Positions 20,208-31,376 of a stretch of DNA of 64,000 nt are shown here, piece after piece. Numbering within the stretch: position 1 is the stretch's first letter; each line of letters starts with the position of its first letter. A program made the translations under genes and the position numbers. Source of the stretch: Hydrolagus colliei. Lineage: Eukaryota. The notes under the pieces were generated by a model. It worked only from the letters and a program-made list of their open reading frames with translations. It did no database searches and had not been told where the DNA came from. The stretch is taken from assembly GCA_035084275.1 (NCBI GenBank), contig CM068747.1:7316001-7380000 (forward strand), in the 5' to 3' direction.

Positions 20208-23200
20208 GTTGGAAACCAAAGGTAAGAAATGAGAGAAGGATCATTTTTCGGATGATGAGCTTTCAATCAATCAATCAATCAAAACTTACATTTATATAGC
20301 GCATTTCACGTCGAGAGGACGTCCCAAGGCGCTGTACAGTCAGGTAGGGACAAGAGCAGGGATGGAGGGGTCCAGGATGAAGAAGAGTAGGAAAATTGAC
20401 TGTATATTTGAGGGCGAAACGCGGCAGCCAAATTGCGCACCGCAGTGTCCCACAAACAGTTGTGGAAATGGGGCCAGGGGAGAAAGGGGGAAAAGAGGGT
20501 AAGGGGGAAGAGGGAGGGAAAGGTTGGGTGGCGTAAAGTCAGGGAGAATGTGAGGTAAGGGGGGAGAGGGAGGGAAAGGTCGGTTGGGGTAAAGTCAGGG
20601 AGAATGTGGGGTAAGGGGGGAGAGGGAGGGAAAGATGGGTGGGGGACAAAATCAGAGAGAAATGGAGAGAAAGGGTGGTAAGAGGGAAGGGGGAAAGAAA
20701 GTAGGGAAGGGGAGGGAGGGAAAAAGAAGAAAAGGGGGGAAAGGTTAGGGGGCAGGTGGGGGATCAAACAACAAACATTAACAGAGGAAATATTCTGAGA
20801 ACCTTCATTAAAGATCAAAACTAAATACAGTCCCATGTAGCTGACTGAGATCATAGAGATTAAGAGTTTGGCATTGCTTTATACGGTATGCTATTGCTGT
20901 GAACCTGGAGCATTATCCAATGCTGTTTTTTTCTATCTTTTTACCTATCCTTTGAACCTTGTGTTATAGCTATCTTATAAGCGTTTTTGCACCTGTTTAT
21001 TTCTTGTTACAGAGGTGGATCCCCACATATTAATTTCATGACAATGACTAGCAACTCCTGCAAAGTGAGACGCCTCTCCACAGTCTCCTCCGTCACCAAA
21101 CCTGAAAGCTACATCCTCACCACAAAGTGGCTCTGGTACTGGCAGGCTGATTCTATAAAATGGATTGAATTTGGAACACAGGTGAGTTTGTGTGCTTTCT
21201 CTCTCTCTTTCACTCCTTCTCATGTCCTTTCTCCAGGAAACCAGTGGACTCCTGGGTATTGAACCCAGACCAGCGTGGGCAGCAAATAGAACTATACGAC
21301 TGCTGAGGTGTACGGATAGATAGGAAAGGGATGGATGCCATCAGTTGAACAGCTTATTAATCCACTATGTTGCTAAGTCATTTAAATGAGGAGGATGCCA
21401 AGTAGAAAACTGGTTCGAGTTTTAAAGATGGGGCGTAATGAAGGTGAGACTTCGTGGAGGTGCTTTCATTGCCTCGATTATTGGTCACACATGATGAACA
21501 TGCCCTCGTGCTGCAGTTGGACCAAAAGACCATTACCAGGTGATCAGACCAAATGATTACAGGACTTCGCCCAAAGACCCGAAGTGTCTCATGATCTTGG
21601 TAAGACTAAGAAAATGCAAGATTGGGCACAAGTTAGGAAAATTCTTAAATTTTGGAAATTCAATTTTGGAACAAGGAAATAACTTGGAAGCCAGTGATCT
21701 CAGTTTCCAAAATATTTTCAAGAAAGGCAGAATTTAATAATTTTCCAGGTTATGTGATGAACATCAGAAGTTTGTGGTCGCTAACTTAAGTTCATTAACA
21801 GTGATTGTGGGTATTTTGTCTGTCCTCGGTCAAAGTCCTTTCATATGAAAACACAGTTCCTGATCGAGACAGTTGTCCCTGCTCAGTTCACTGCTAACAC
21901 TAGTTTTGTGACTTTTACTTGACAGGAAGAGGTGTACGGAGTTTCCTCGATCACCTCTACAGACCTGGAGTGTTTGTATTTGGCTCAGAGCACAGAAACA
22001 TCGGATTTCAAAGCTGGACAATACTATTACAGATTGAACTTTAACAGTACGTTTACAGGAACCTGGGAATGCGAGCAGAGAAAATGATTTGCTTTAATCT
22101 TAGCTTTTTTTGTGAAGGGGGTGGTTAGCGGTTCATCTTTGGTCCCGGTGAGACCACCTCAGTCCTTCAACCATTAAGGTGTACCTAAACATATCCTCAG
22201 GTTGAGGAAAGTGGAGTCACTATAGAGTTTAACTTATTCCACGTTCCAGCGGTATAAGCGAGATGTTTCAAACGGGCCAGTAGAAAATTTAGCCAAAGGT
22301 TAAACATTATAAATTAGTCTGAAGAAGATCTGGGAAGAGCTATGTGAGCAGCACCTCAGGGAGGATTGTGGGGGTGGGGGAGGGGGGATTTTGGCCAAGT
22401 TTTACAAGAGGGGTGGAGGGGGTATAGTGCTGTGCATAGCACCTGCAGAGTGGGATAGGATACGGGTTTTGGGTGTGAAATCTCATGGTTTAACTTTTCA
22501 CTTTTGTGTAGAAATGGTGCAAACAAATCTGCATCTTGGAACATGCAGAGGCATCCGAAGGAGACCAAAATTTATTTCAGAACAACAAATGACAAGAGAG
22601 ATGTACAGGTATTTTCTTTCCAAATTCCCACCTGCAAGTTTTAGGAAAGGATAGAGACTGACTTTTAAAACAGCTTCTACAGTAACAATCGAAAAAGTAA
22701 GGCTCTGACTTTGGTAACTGTCCTCTGAATGAAAGGAGTTATTATTGTTGGTTATCCATCACTCAGTACTGAAATTCACATTAGGAAAGTTTTTTTTAAT
22801 TGAATTTGAGAGATGTACAGCACATTTATTAATCTGTTTGTGTTGAGATCCATCTTATGGTCAGATAGCATGCTAAGATTCTGTGATCTGTCACACATGA
22901 AGATTGTCACTGACGATCGAAGACTGCAACATTGCTGATCCAGTGAAATCATACCCCATCGCTGCCTCCTGCTTGTGATCTATGGCTCCTGCCTCCTGAG
23001 TGTTGCTTGGGCCCCCCCCGCTCCACCATCGGTGGAAAACTCTTTAAGCCACTACGCCCCAAAACTCTGCAACATTCTTCCTCTATCCCTGCACCTTGCC
23101 CCTTCTTTCACCATCTTCAGGTTGCGCGTAAAGACCTTATTCAACCGCGCCTATGGTCCCCCTGACTCGGCATTGTGCTCTGCCACTGTCCAGTGCTCTG

Positions 23201-25290
23201 GAACGCTACCCTGCATGAGAGACGCCATATAAATGCGAGTTGTTGTTTAACAACTCTCCTTTTACAGCAAAGACCTGCCTGGACAAGTCAAGGACAACTC
23301 CAAGACAAAACAAAGCAAGACACCTCCAACATACTGGGAACTGAAAGATCAGCCTGACAATGGATATAAGGTAAAGTACTTTAGTTGCTTAAATATCAGA
23401 ATTTATACAATAGCTACTGTTCCAAGGAGATCAAATGAGTTCCAAACAACTGGGTTCTTAATTATGCTCCTATGTGAGCCTCCTTCCATTAAATTTTTTA
23501 ATTATTTTGTATCTTCACATGAGACCTTTCACAAATGAACACCATGTGTTTTCACCCGGTAGCTATAAAACTCTCTAGTAGAGTTCTTTAAAGTGAGCCA
23601 AATTTGTACCTCAAGCTGAATTTGTTCTTCCCCCCACCCCCCACAACCCTAACCCATAAATACTGAGACCAATTGATTGTCACCACCACATTGACACTCT
23701 GACACTCATTACAACATGGAGCTTCCTGGTCTGTTTGAGTTGGTACCACATCATATTGCACTTTCACATTGTCAGCCAGACAAATTACACTCATTTTATG
23801 TATGATTTAGTGCAGTACTGATCCATACAATCAGGAAAGTCGTTTAGAAAAAAAGAGATTTGGGTTTAATTTACTCCAGTTATTTTTTCACATTTGGTAT
23901 GTTTTGAACATTCTTGACAATGCTGGGTAATTGTAACTGAGCTGGTCTCTCTGCAGCTCGTTCAGCTCCAGGCGTCTTCGGACGAATACACCCAAGTGGA
24001 GTCTCTCTTCAAGAGGTCTATGAGCGACTGCGCCATCCGAAAAATTGAAAGAATCCAAAACTTGTCTCTTTGGGAAGTTTATCAATGGTTTGTAGTCTTC
24101 ACATCGTAAGGAAATTGCTTTTTTTTTGTCTCTCCAAAAAAGGTGAAGTGGTGCATGTTCGTAGATCTGTTGGAAGAAGAGCAGAGGAACTGAAATGGTC
24201 TCTTGTCCAAATAACCTAATTATAGATTCATGCAACTCAGTTAGGATCAAGTCACTTCAAGTTAATTCAAAATAAGAAGAGATTGATGTAAAAAGCTTCT
24301 TTATACTATAGAACCTCAGGTAAGGGAACATGGTTGAAAGATTTGACAGGGAAGAACTAGGTGCAGAATGGCAGTGACGCCAGTGACCTTCCCTCCATGG
24401 TGTAGAGGCAGCTTTGCGTTGATAAAAAGTCAAAATCAGCAATTAAACCGTTACATGAGATGAAGTACTGCACTACAAAGGAGGTATTGGAGAAGCCCAG
24501 AAATGTTTTCAACTGGAAAAGAGATGATTGAGGGTTAAGCAATGGACCAAATGACCTCCTATGCTGGAATTTTTAAAATGTGTTGTATTTTGCATGAGTT
24601 TTATTTTGTTGCTGACTGTGAGTACATAGAGCAGTCACCATATTGTCCATTTGTTCTATAAACACAGGCAGAAGGAGCAGATGAAGAAGAAGAGTGGGAA
24701 AGAGGTGGCTGAGCAAATGCTTTTCCATGGCACAAAGGACTCACCTCTCACTGTGGTCTGCAAGGAGAACTTTGACTGGAGAACCTGTGGAATGCATGGG
24801 GACGGATTTGGAAAAGGTACCAAATGTGTGAATGAAATAGTCAATAAAAAAAAATTCTTGGGAGATTCAAGCTAAAATTAAAATAGCCAATTAATTTCTA
24901 AAATTAATTATTTATCAGTTAAAGCTACAGTTTGACTGAGAACGCCTATTTACCAGTTTATTTTGTGCATTTCTACGCAAATTTAAAAATAAGTTTTTTT
25001 TGCCCTTAGGAAACTACTTTGCCGTGAATGCGCTACATGCTGATAAGAATTCCCTGTCTCTGGCATCCTCAAAGACCATGTATCTTGCAAAGGTTTTGGT
25101 TGGAGAGTATACCCAGGGAAAGGTGACCTTCTGCCGGCCTCCTTCAAAAGATGGTACACTCATCAACTTGTACGACAGTTGCACTGACAATGTGGCTGTG
25201 CCATCTCTCTTTGTCATATTTGATAAACACCAGATCTACCCTGAGTATGTAATAGAATATTATGGTTCACAAAAATGCATAATTATTTGA
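15832..25290 (+). CDS. PARP12: PARP12/ZC3HAV1(ZAP)-family CCCH zinc-finger, WWE, ADP-ribosyltransferase-domain protein, 669 aa: join(15832..16163,17155..17290,17554..17812,18174..18281,19930..20053,21013..21181,21926..22046,22512..22608,23268..23370,23957..24087,24668..24816,25010..25290)
   Basis: 12 exons with GT-AG introns sum to 2010 nt with consistent phases and no internal stop. Motifs: CCCH fingers, [20 protein letters not shown]1, [16 protein letters not shown]2, [50 protein letters not shown]. The symbol denotes the family; PARP12 versus ZC3HAV1 orthology is uncertain. Confidence 0.92.
17155..17290 (+). CDS. PARP12: PARP12/ZAP-like exon 2
   Basis: [45 protein letters not shown]. Confidence 0.88.
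17554..17812 (+). CDS. PARP12: PARP12/ZAP-like exon 3 (ZnF3, ZnF4)
   Basis: [45 protein letters not shown]... Confidence 0.88.
18174..18281 (+). CDS. PARP12: PARP12/ZAP-like exon 4 (linker, start of ZnF5)
   Basis: [36 protein letters not shown]. Confidence 0.85.
18650..18910. mobile_element. Penelope-type inverted-repeat element in PARP intron 4
   Basis: Arms about 18668-18759 and 18805-18910 are reverse complements (CAGCAGGTCAGGCAGCAT / ATGCTGCCTGACCTGCTG). Family assignment is from recalled shark Penelope terminal sequences. Confidence 0.6.
19048..19355 (+). mobile_element. tRNA-derived SINE, short form
   Basis: GGAGTCCTGTAGCTCAATGGTT head; tail GCGCTTTGAGACTCTAGAAGACATGAAAAGCG. Confidence 0.8.
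19441..19830 (+). mobile_element. tRNA-derived SINE, long form
   Basis: Same family body and tail. Confidence 0.75.
19930..20053 (+). CDS. PARP12: PARP12/ZAP-like exon 5 (end of ZnF5, WWE1)
   Basis: [42 protein letters not shown]. Confidence 0.88.
20172..20201. repeat. (GA)n microsatellite
   Basis: Direct observation. Confidence 0.9.
20264..20765 (-). mobile_element. Chimeric L2-tail/SINE-body fragment with a (TTGA)n end and an adjacent G-rich purine tandem array
   Basis: (TCAA)n, then B-family tail, then SINE body (20390-20470), then roughly 55-bp repeats GGGAGGGAAAGGT..GTAAAGTCAGGGAGAATGTG..GTAAGGGGGGAGA. Confidence 0.65.
21013..21181 (+). CDS. PARP12: PARP12/ZAP-like exon 6 (WWE1 to WWE2)
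   Basis: [56 protein letters not shown]; donor gtgagt. Confidence 0.9.
21926..22046 (+). CDS. PARP12: PARP12/ZAP-like exon 7 (WWE2)
   Basis: [40 protein letters not shown]. Confidence 0.88.
22512..22608 (+). CDS. PARP12: PARP12/ZAP-like exon 8 (end of WWE2)
   Basis: [32 protein letters not shown]. Confidence 0.88.
22930..23248 (+). mobile_element. L2-type LINE 3' fragment just upstream of PARP exon 9
   Basis: Tail GTGCTCTGGAACGCTACCCTGCATGAGAGACGCCATATAAATGCGAGTTGTTG. Confidence 0.7.
23268..23370 (+). CDS. PARP12: PARP12/ZAP-like exon 9
   Basis: [34 protein letters not shown]; the PxxW motif precedes the ART domain. Confidence 0.82.
23957..24087 (+). CDS. PARP12: PARP12/ZAP-like exon 10 (ART domain)
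   Basis: [44 protein letters not shown]. Confidence 0.9.
24668..24816 (+). CDS. PARP12: PARP12/ZAP-like exon 11 (ART domain, HGT motif)
   Basis: [49 protein letters not shown]. Confidence 0.92.
25010..25290 (+). CDS. PARP12: PARP12/ZAP-like exon 12 (end of ART domain, CaaX)
   Basis: [15 protein letters not shown]...[11 protein letters not shown]...[39 protein letters not shown]. Confidence 0.93.
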
Positions 25291-25653
25291 AAGTGGACAA
25301 TAGGTCAGTGTTTTGGATGGGCTGCTGCTTTACCTAAATTTCCAGTATATCCAACTCGCATTTCTTTTTTTTTTAACCCATGGATCTATGACTAGGAGTG
25401 TTCGTTATCACTTGTATTTGCCCCGGATCGGTTCCTTTACTTTAAAGAATGGGATCTGGTCTGTAGCTGCTAGACTCTAGATGATCACTGCTGCAAATTA
25501 TGAACCGGTGCCCAACCATTGCTAGGTATTGGTTGAGTTAGGAGACTGGCCCCCCCATTGACATGAATGGAACAACACTACCACGTATCATGAGACAGCA
25601 CTGGACTGTCTTACAACAGGACCCATTCTTTTGATCCTCAAAGTACAATGAAC

Positions 25654-25659
25654 AATAAA
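25654..25659 (+). terminator. Candidate polyadenylation signal of the PARP gene
   Basis: AATAAA about 365 bp after the TGA, followed by T-rich sequence. Confidence 0.55.
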
Positions 25660-26969
25660 CTAATTTTCATAATTATCAATAATTTTGTTCCAAAGAAAAG
25701 AGGAAGAGGTACGACAGAAACTTTTGTTTAGTAACAATCCTTTAGTGTCAGGAGATTGTGGGTTCAAGCTGGGATGCTGGGCTATTGAGCTCACATTGCT
25801 GATGTTCTGTTGTATAGCTGGGAGAACACTGTACTGTCAGAGGTGCTGTCCTTTAGGTGAAATGTTAAACCTAGGTCGTGTTTGCTTGTTACTCCAGTGG
25901 ACATTTATAAAAACCTCATAACACTTCCAAAGGACATGGGAATTTCTCCCATTATCCTGGTCATGGCTGTTTGTGAGACCTTACTCTTTCCAAATAGCCT
26001 GCCACATTTTGAGACATTTTGACATTGTGATGGTTACATGTACGGTACTTGTGATGGTAGTTTACCTGCTGGGAGATGAGTTTACAAACTGGGGTGCATG
26101 ACAAGGTTATCAGGGATTCCACCAGTTTGATTTTAACTAGCCTGGCTGGCTTCATACTCCCTGACTGTTTACTGGCTGCTTACAGTCCCAGGATGCATAT
26201 GATACGAGAGAAAGAAAGCGTACCTGGGACCGAGAAACATGATGAGAATACAGGTGCAGGGTTGGGTTGCAGCATGCAACACGAGACTGGGAGAGAATCC
26301 ACAACTTTTTTTTGGCCTTTTCTCAAAAAGATAAGCATGACACTTTAGACCATGTGGCATAGATCTTATGCAAACATGAAAAGTACTATTGTAAAACAGC
26401 TTCAATAAAGTCTGCTGAGTTGTCCACAGTTCCTGTTTCCTTCTGTTCTTATGCAAACTAGTTGCCATCATGTAACTTACCAGGCTGTGAAATTCCTTTT
26501 ATTTACACAGCAGGAATGATCCTTTAGCACCGAGGGCAAAAGGTGAACGGATAAACCAACATACACACAAGCAACAGGTGAACCCCACTGTCCATCTGTG
26601 TGAACAGTGGAATCCTTCCTGTTTCTATAGGAACCTTAAAACGTGTGTGTATCTGACTCTGTTGGTGTCTCTGAGTCAAAAAGTTGTGAGTTCGAACCAG
26701 CTAAACCCTCATAGATTACCATTGATATTGAAGTCTGGCAAGCTTTCCCGCTGCTTGTCCAGTTGGGACCACCCTACCCATTAGGGCTTTGGCTTGCAGG
26801 GTTTACAGGAGCTTAGTGGGATGACTCCCTGCCACCAATGTTTGCTTTTCCGGGTCCTGTTGATGAGCCAGGCTGGCTATGCCGTTATCAGCACCGCCCT
26901 GGAATTCTGCAAACCCACCTCACTCAGGAACCGGAATACCAGGACTACCACAGAGGCTCGATTCCAATA

Positions 26970-27345
26970 TTCAAAGCCCTCCAACAGCCTCCCTCCCCTC
27001 TACCTCTGTGACCTCCTAACCTCCTGCCGCTGCCTCTGCTCATTAGGCTCCTTCACATCCCCCACCTCACCCGCTCCACCATTGGTGAACGAGCCTTCTG
27101 CCATTCTGCCCCCACCCACTGGAATTCCATCCCACAGTCCCTTCGCCTCATCCCATCCCTCGCCTCCTTCAAGACTCATCTCAAGGCCCTTCCCTCTGGC
27201 TGTTCATTTTATCAACCTACTTCACCCGTGTCCTCCACCCTCCCCAATCCCTGCCCCCAGCTCGGGTCCAGAATACCATCTTTCCAGCGCCTTGGCACCT
27301 CCTTCCGACGTAAAACAAATACAAATGTAATTTTATTGTTGTTGG
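26970..27345 (+). mobile_element. L2-type LINE 3' fragment
   Basis: TTCAAAGCCCTCC...TGGAATTCCATCCCACAGTCCCTTCGCC...GCGCCTTGG...AAATGTAATTTTATTGTTGTT. Confidence 0.75.
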
Positions 27346-28859
27346 CAGCTCATGATGTGCCAGCCAGCTTGATGTTTTTGAGTTCCAAGTCCAATCCTGT
27401 GTAACAGGCTTATGCAGCTGCTTAATCATTGCTATTGCGAAAGAGGGACCAATGGTGATTCACCAATGGGAGGGATCACATTCCTCTAATTCTAAGGAGG
27501 AGTATTACAATTTGTCACGGACATTGAAACACAAGCTGGTCTTGTTCACAGTTATCCGTGCAGATAGCTGATTAAATGTCACTGCAAATATCTTTGTGTA
27601 AATATGCCATGAGCTCCAAAATAAACAAGTGGAATCTTGCTCAATATATCATCTGTGCCCTTGCCTTCTGCCAGTACACCTCGATACTCTGGAACTCACT
27701 TCCCTCAATCTCTCCACCTTGCCTCCTTCCTCCCCACTTTCAAATCCTGCCTGAAGACTTTACTTTTTGATGGAACTCACAGTCACCTCTCCCCCTCCCT
27801 CTGCCCCCCGGCTTTAGCTCAGACTCCACCTCTGTCAAGTACTCCGCGATGCTACTTGGTGTGAAGGGTGCTACATAAATACAGGTTGTAAAATATAAAA
27901 TTAGGAAATGTAAAGGAATGAATCAGTCACAAGAGGTATAATACAAATAACCATAAAAATTTCATTCTATACTGGAGGGAGAAAGTGCTTCAGGAAAAAT
28001 TCACTTTCAACTAACTGGCTGGCTCAGTGGTAGCACTGGCCTCCAAGTCAAAAGGTTGTGGGTTCAAATTCCATGTTGTGGCTTGGCATCAAATTGGATC
28101 AGCCAATACACTCTTGACCCGTCTGCCAGGTGGACGTAAAAGAGAAGGGAGTTTACCCTGGCGTAATCCATAATCTCCCAAATATAATTGGTCATTCACT
28201 ACATAGCTGTTTATAGGATATTATTGCGCACAATCTCAAAACCACTTTATGGTATATCCTGTAAAGTGCTTTGAGGCATCTCAATTACCTAATAAGGCAC
28301 AAGGATTATTATAATAATTTTCTGTCTAGGGTTTGATGGCCTATTGATGCTTCATCTTTTCCTGCTCAGGAAATAGTCATATTCCGCACAGAAAGGTTCA
28401 AAGACCAAACAAGAGACTTGAACCCACAACCATCTAACCCAGAATAAGGTTAGCTGACATCCAAAACAGCCTCTGGGAAAATAGGGGGATATGGGGAACA
28501 GAGGTTTGATCATTTGGGGTATATTTTTCAGCATGACCTTTCATCAGACTGCCAGTGTTCTGATAAATTATCAAACCCCAAATTTAATGTGTGCTTTTTT
28601 GAGATCCTATTTGACCTGTTATGGATTTCTTGTACCTCTGCTTTTATTCCAGATATTTAATCATTTGTGCCACAATCAATTCCTTTCTTTGCACATCCTA
28701 TGGCACAGCCATAGGATGGAGCTGTTGGATGGCTTATCAGAAGCCAGTTCACCAGACACAATGGGAGTATGAACTGCTGATGAAGTGTTCTCTTTCATGT
28801 CTTCAGTCAATTAAACCTACTTGTTCTATTTCCCACTGTGCCCATGTTTCCACTCTGTT

Positions 28860-29080
28860 TCAACAACAACAAATTACATTTGTATAGCACCTTTCACATC
28901 GAGAGGACTTCCCAAGGTGCTGAACAGTCCGGAATTTGAACCCAAGCAATGGGTTGGGATCAGAGGAGGTTGTAGGGTTGAGGGGAAGAGGGCAGGGAGG
29001 GTTGAGGTAGGAGTTTGGCCGAATGAGTGGTCGAAAAGGAAAGTCTTGAGACATGCTTTAAAGGTGGCAAAGGGAGAGAG
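28860..29080 (-). mobile_element. L2-type LINE 3' fragment
   Basis: (CAA)n plus reverse-complement B-family tail. Confidence 0.75.
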
Positions 29081-31047
29081 CAAAGGAAAAAGATTCCTCC
29101 TGAACAGTTTTCACCAAAGATAATAAGAAAATGATAACATGCAACTCTTTCCGTAATTTATTGCTTGTGAGACATTGTTGACACGCATTAGCTGGTTCAT
29201 TTGCCACTATTTATGTAAAGTGCACTGAGATCTTTCTTCTCTTCAAAAGTTGCTACTGAAATACAATCTGTTGCTTTCCTTCCACAATGACCGTCAGGCT
29301 GAATCTCGTGTCTGCTCTAAATCCAATTTCCATTGTATCAGTGGTTAGCTCCAGGTCGGTGTTACCTGTAGCAAATGCTTTGAACACAATTTGATCTTTT
29401 TCGTATTGATGCATATGATCTCATAACTTGAAAGAACAAGTATTAACGTAAACATAGGCAGTGACTCAATCTTGTTGCAGCGTAGTTGTAAAAGGTGGCA
29501 GCAGCAAATTGGTTGGCAACAGTGGAGCTTTTCATTCCAATCAGCCTTCAGTTTAGGTTGTGTGAGTTAGAGCACTGTTAGACCATGTAGGAGACAATAA
29601 ACGTCTTCGCATTGTATCAGCCTTTGAACAGAAACACACGTACCTTTCGGCTAGGAAAAGTCTTCACAGAGAGAGTCGGAGAGAGGGAAAGTGCAAGTGG
29701 AGGAATGTAAGGAGAGAATTCCACAGAGAGAGACCACACAGTGATTGAAAGCTCACACACCAATGAAAGGCAGAGAAGATGGGACGTGGAGCAGGCATGA
29801 CTTAGCAAAATGGAGGGAGTTCAATGTTGGGTATGAAGCAGATGTGATTAGTGAGGTGAAGGGACGCAGTGGGGATGCGCGGTAGGTTTGTGTTAGCTGT
29901 GAAATAGGTGGGGTGAGGGGTGTGGAACAAGCCTAACAGCGGAGCAGATGAAGCATGATTAGTTCACCTGCAATACACACAGTTACTACACTTTACCATG
30001 TATCCTGCAAAGGTGTTTAGAGACGTTCTTCTGATGTGAAAGACACGTTATCAAATGAGGGATTAGCATTCTTCAAAAAATGCTATTGATTCAACAATAG
30101 CAAAGTCTGTGAGAGTTTCATGCATAGGAGTCTCGCTGCCATCTTCCATCTTTTGATCTTCAGTCTGTGCCTCTTTGATCTATCAAAAATAACAAGGCAA
30201 ATGAATGAGGCAAGATGACATTGCAATGAAATGGGATACAATATACCTCCATGGTACACTACAGGCTTTCATCATAACCATGTCATGTTGCCCTCTGCAC
30301 TACAGCAACTTGCAATAAAACTGCATCTGCCACATTTTAACATCTCACAAACGGTATCTTTCCTTCACATTCTTGTTGTAGAAGTGTTTTCCATTGCTAC
30401 AATTTATACATATTTAATAATAATTCTTGATATAATGCCTTTAATGCCAAACATTTCAAAGCACTACACAAAACATTTGCATAGTGTAGTGACTCTGTTT
30501 TTGTAAGCAAATTAGGAGCTGAATGACTAAAAGAGTAGATGATAGATTTTTCAAACACATGATGTTACAATTACAATCTAAAATATTACAATCATTCTAA
30601 AAGAAACCCTGGTCTACATTGTAACATTTCTTGCTGGCTCCAAGGTAATGGGTTGTTGGTAAAGCAATGAGTTATTCCCACTCAGCTGCAGTCAATCCTT
30701 GCAAACCAACATAGTATTCAATTTGCAATGTCCCACAAACAGTAATGAAGTGAATGAATATTTTTATTTGGGAGATTGTTTGTCAGGACACTGGGAGAAA
30801 CTTCTCTTTTTTTTGAATATTGCCATGAACAGACAGGTATCGGTGTAATGTCTCAAATGCTCCAGAATGCTACCCCACGTGAAGGGTGTGATATTAATGT
30901 TGTTGTTAGCATCCAAATGATTCTTGGCTTCTGACCTTCCCACTGCCTAACATTCACTTTCTTGCTCTACTATCCTAGCATATCTAAAAGTGTGATTCTG
31001 GTTTTGATTTCTCTATTTTGGTATCCATCTTATACGTTATATATAAT

Positions 31048-31376
31048 GGAGCTTCTGTAGCTCAGTGGTTAGAGCACTCACCTTACAAGCGTGAGACCTG
31101 TGTTCAAATCCAGGCAGATTAGGGCGAAACCTTGGGCAAGTTTCCTTACTCCACACACCTAATAATAATCCATCCCCCAAAAAACACAATAATAAAACTG
31201 GTCATTTCAATGCACGACTGTTTCTGGGGCACTGTTGTGCGCAATTGACTGCCGTGTTTTGCCCACAAAATATACAGTCAATTCACTTCACAGTATATTC
31301 TGTGAAGTGCTTTGAGACGTCGATAAGATGTGAAAAGCGCTATATCAAATGCAAGGATTATTACTATTATTATTAT
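31048..31376 (+). mobile_element. tRNA-derived SINE, short form, near-intact
   Basis: A box TAGCTCAGTGG, B box GTTCAAATCC, body, hairpin tail, (TAT)n. Confidence 0.88.

Noticed and set aside
22609-23956. ZAP-S-like short isoform by intronic polyadenylation before the ART domain
   Set aside because: I saw no AATAAA after the read-through stop in intron 8, and the ATTAAA near 23488 lies before the read-through stop in intron 9. No sequence support, though RNA data could still show one.
26055-26485. Cluster of minus-strand donor-like sites downstream of the PARP gene (possible convergent lncRNA)
   Set aside because: No matching acceptors or promoter evidence; expected by chance.
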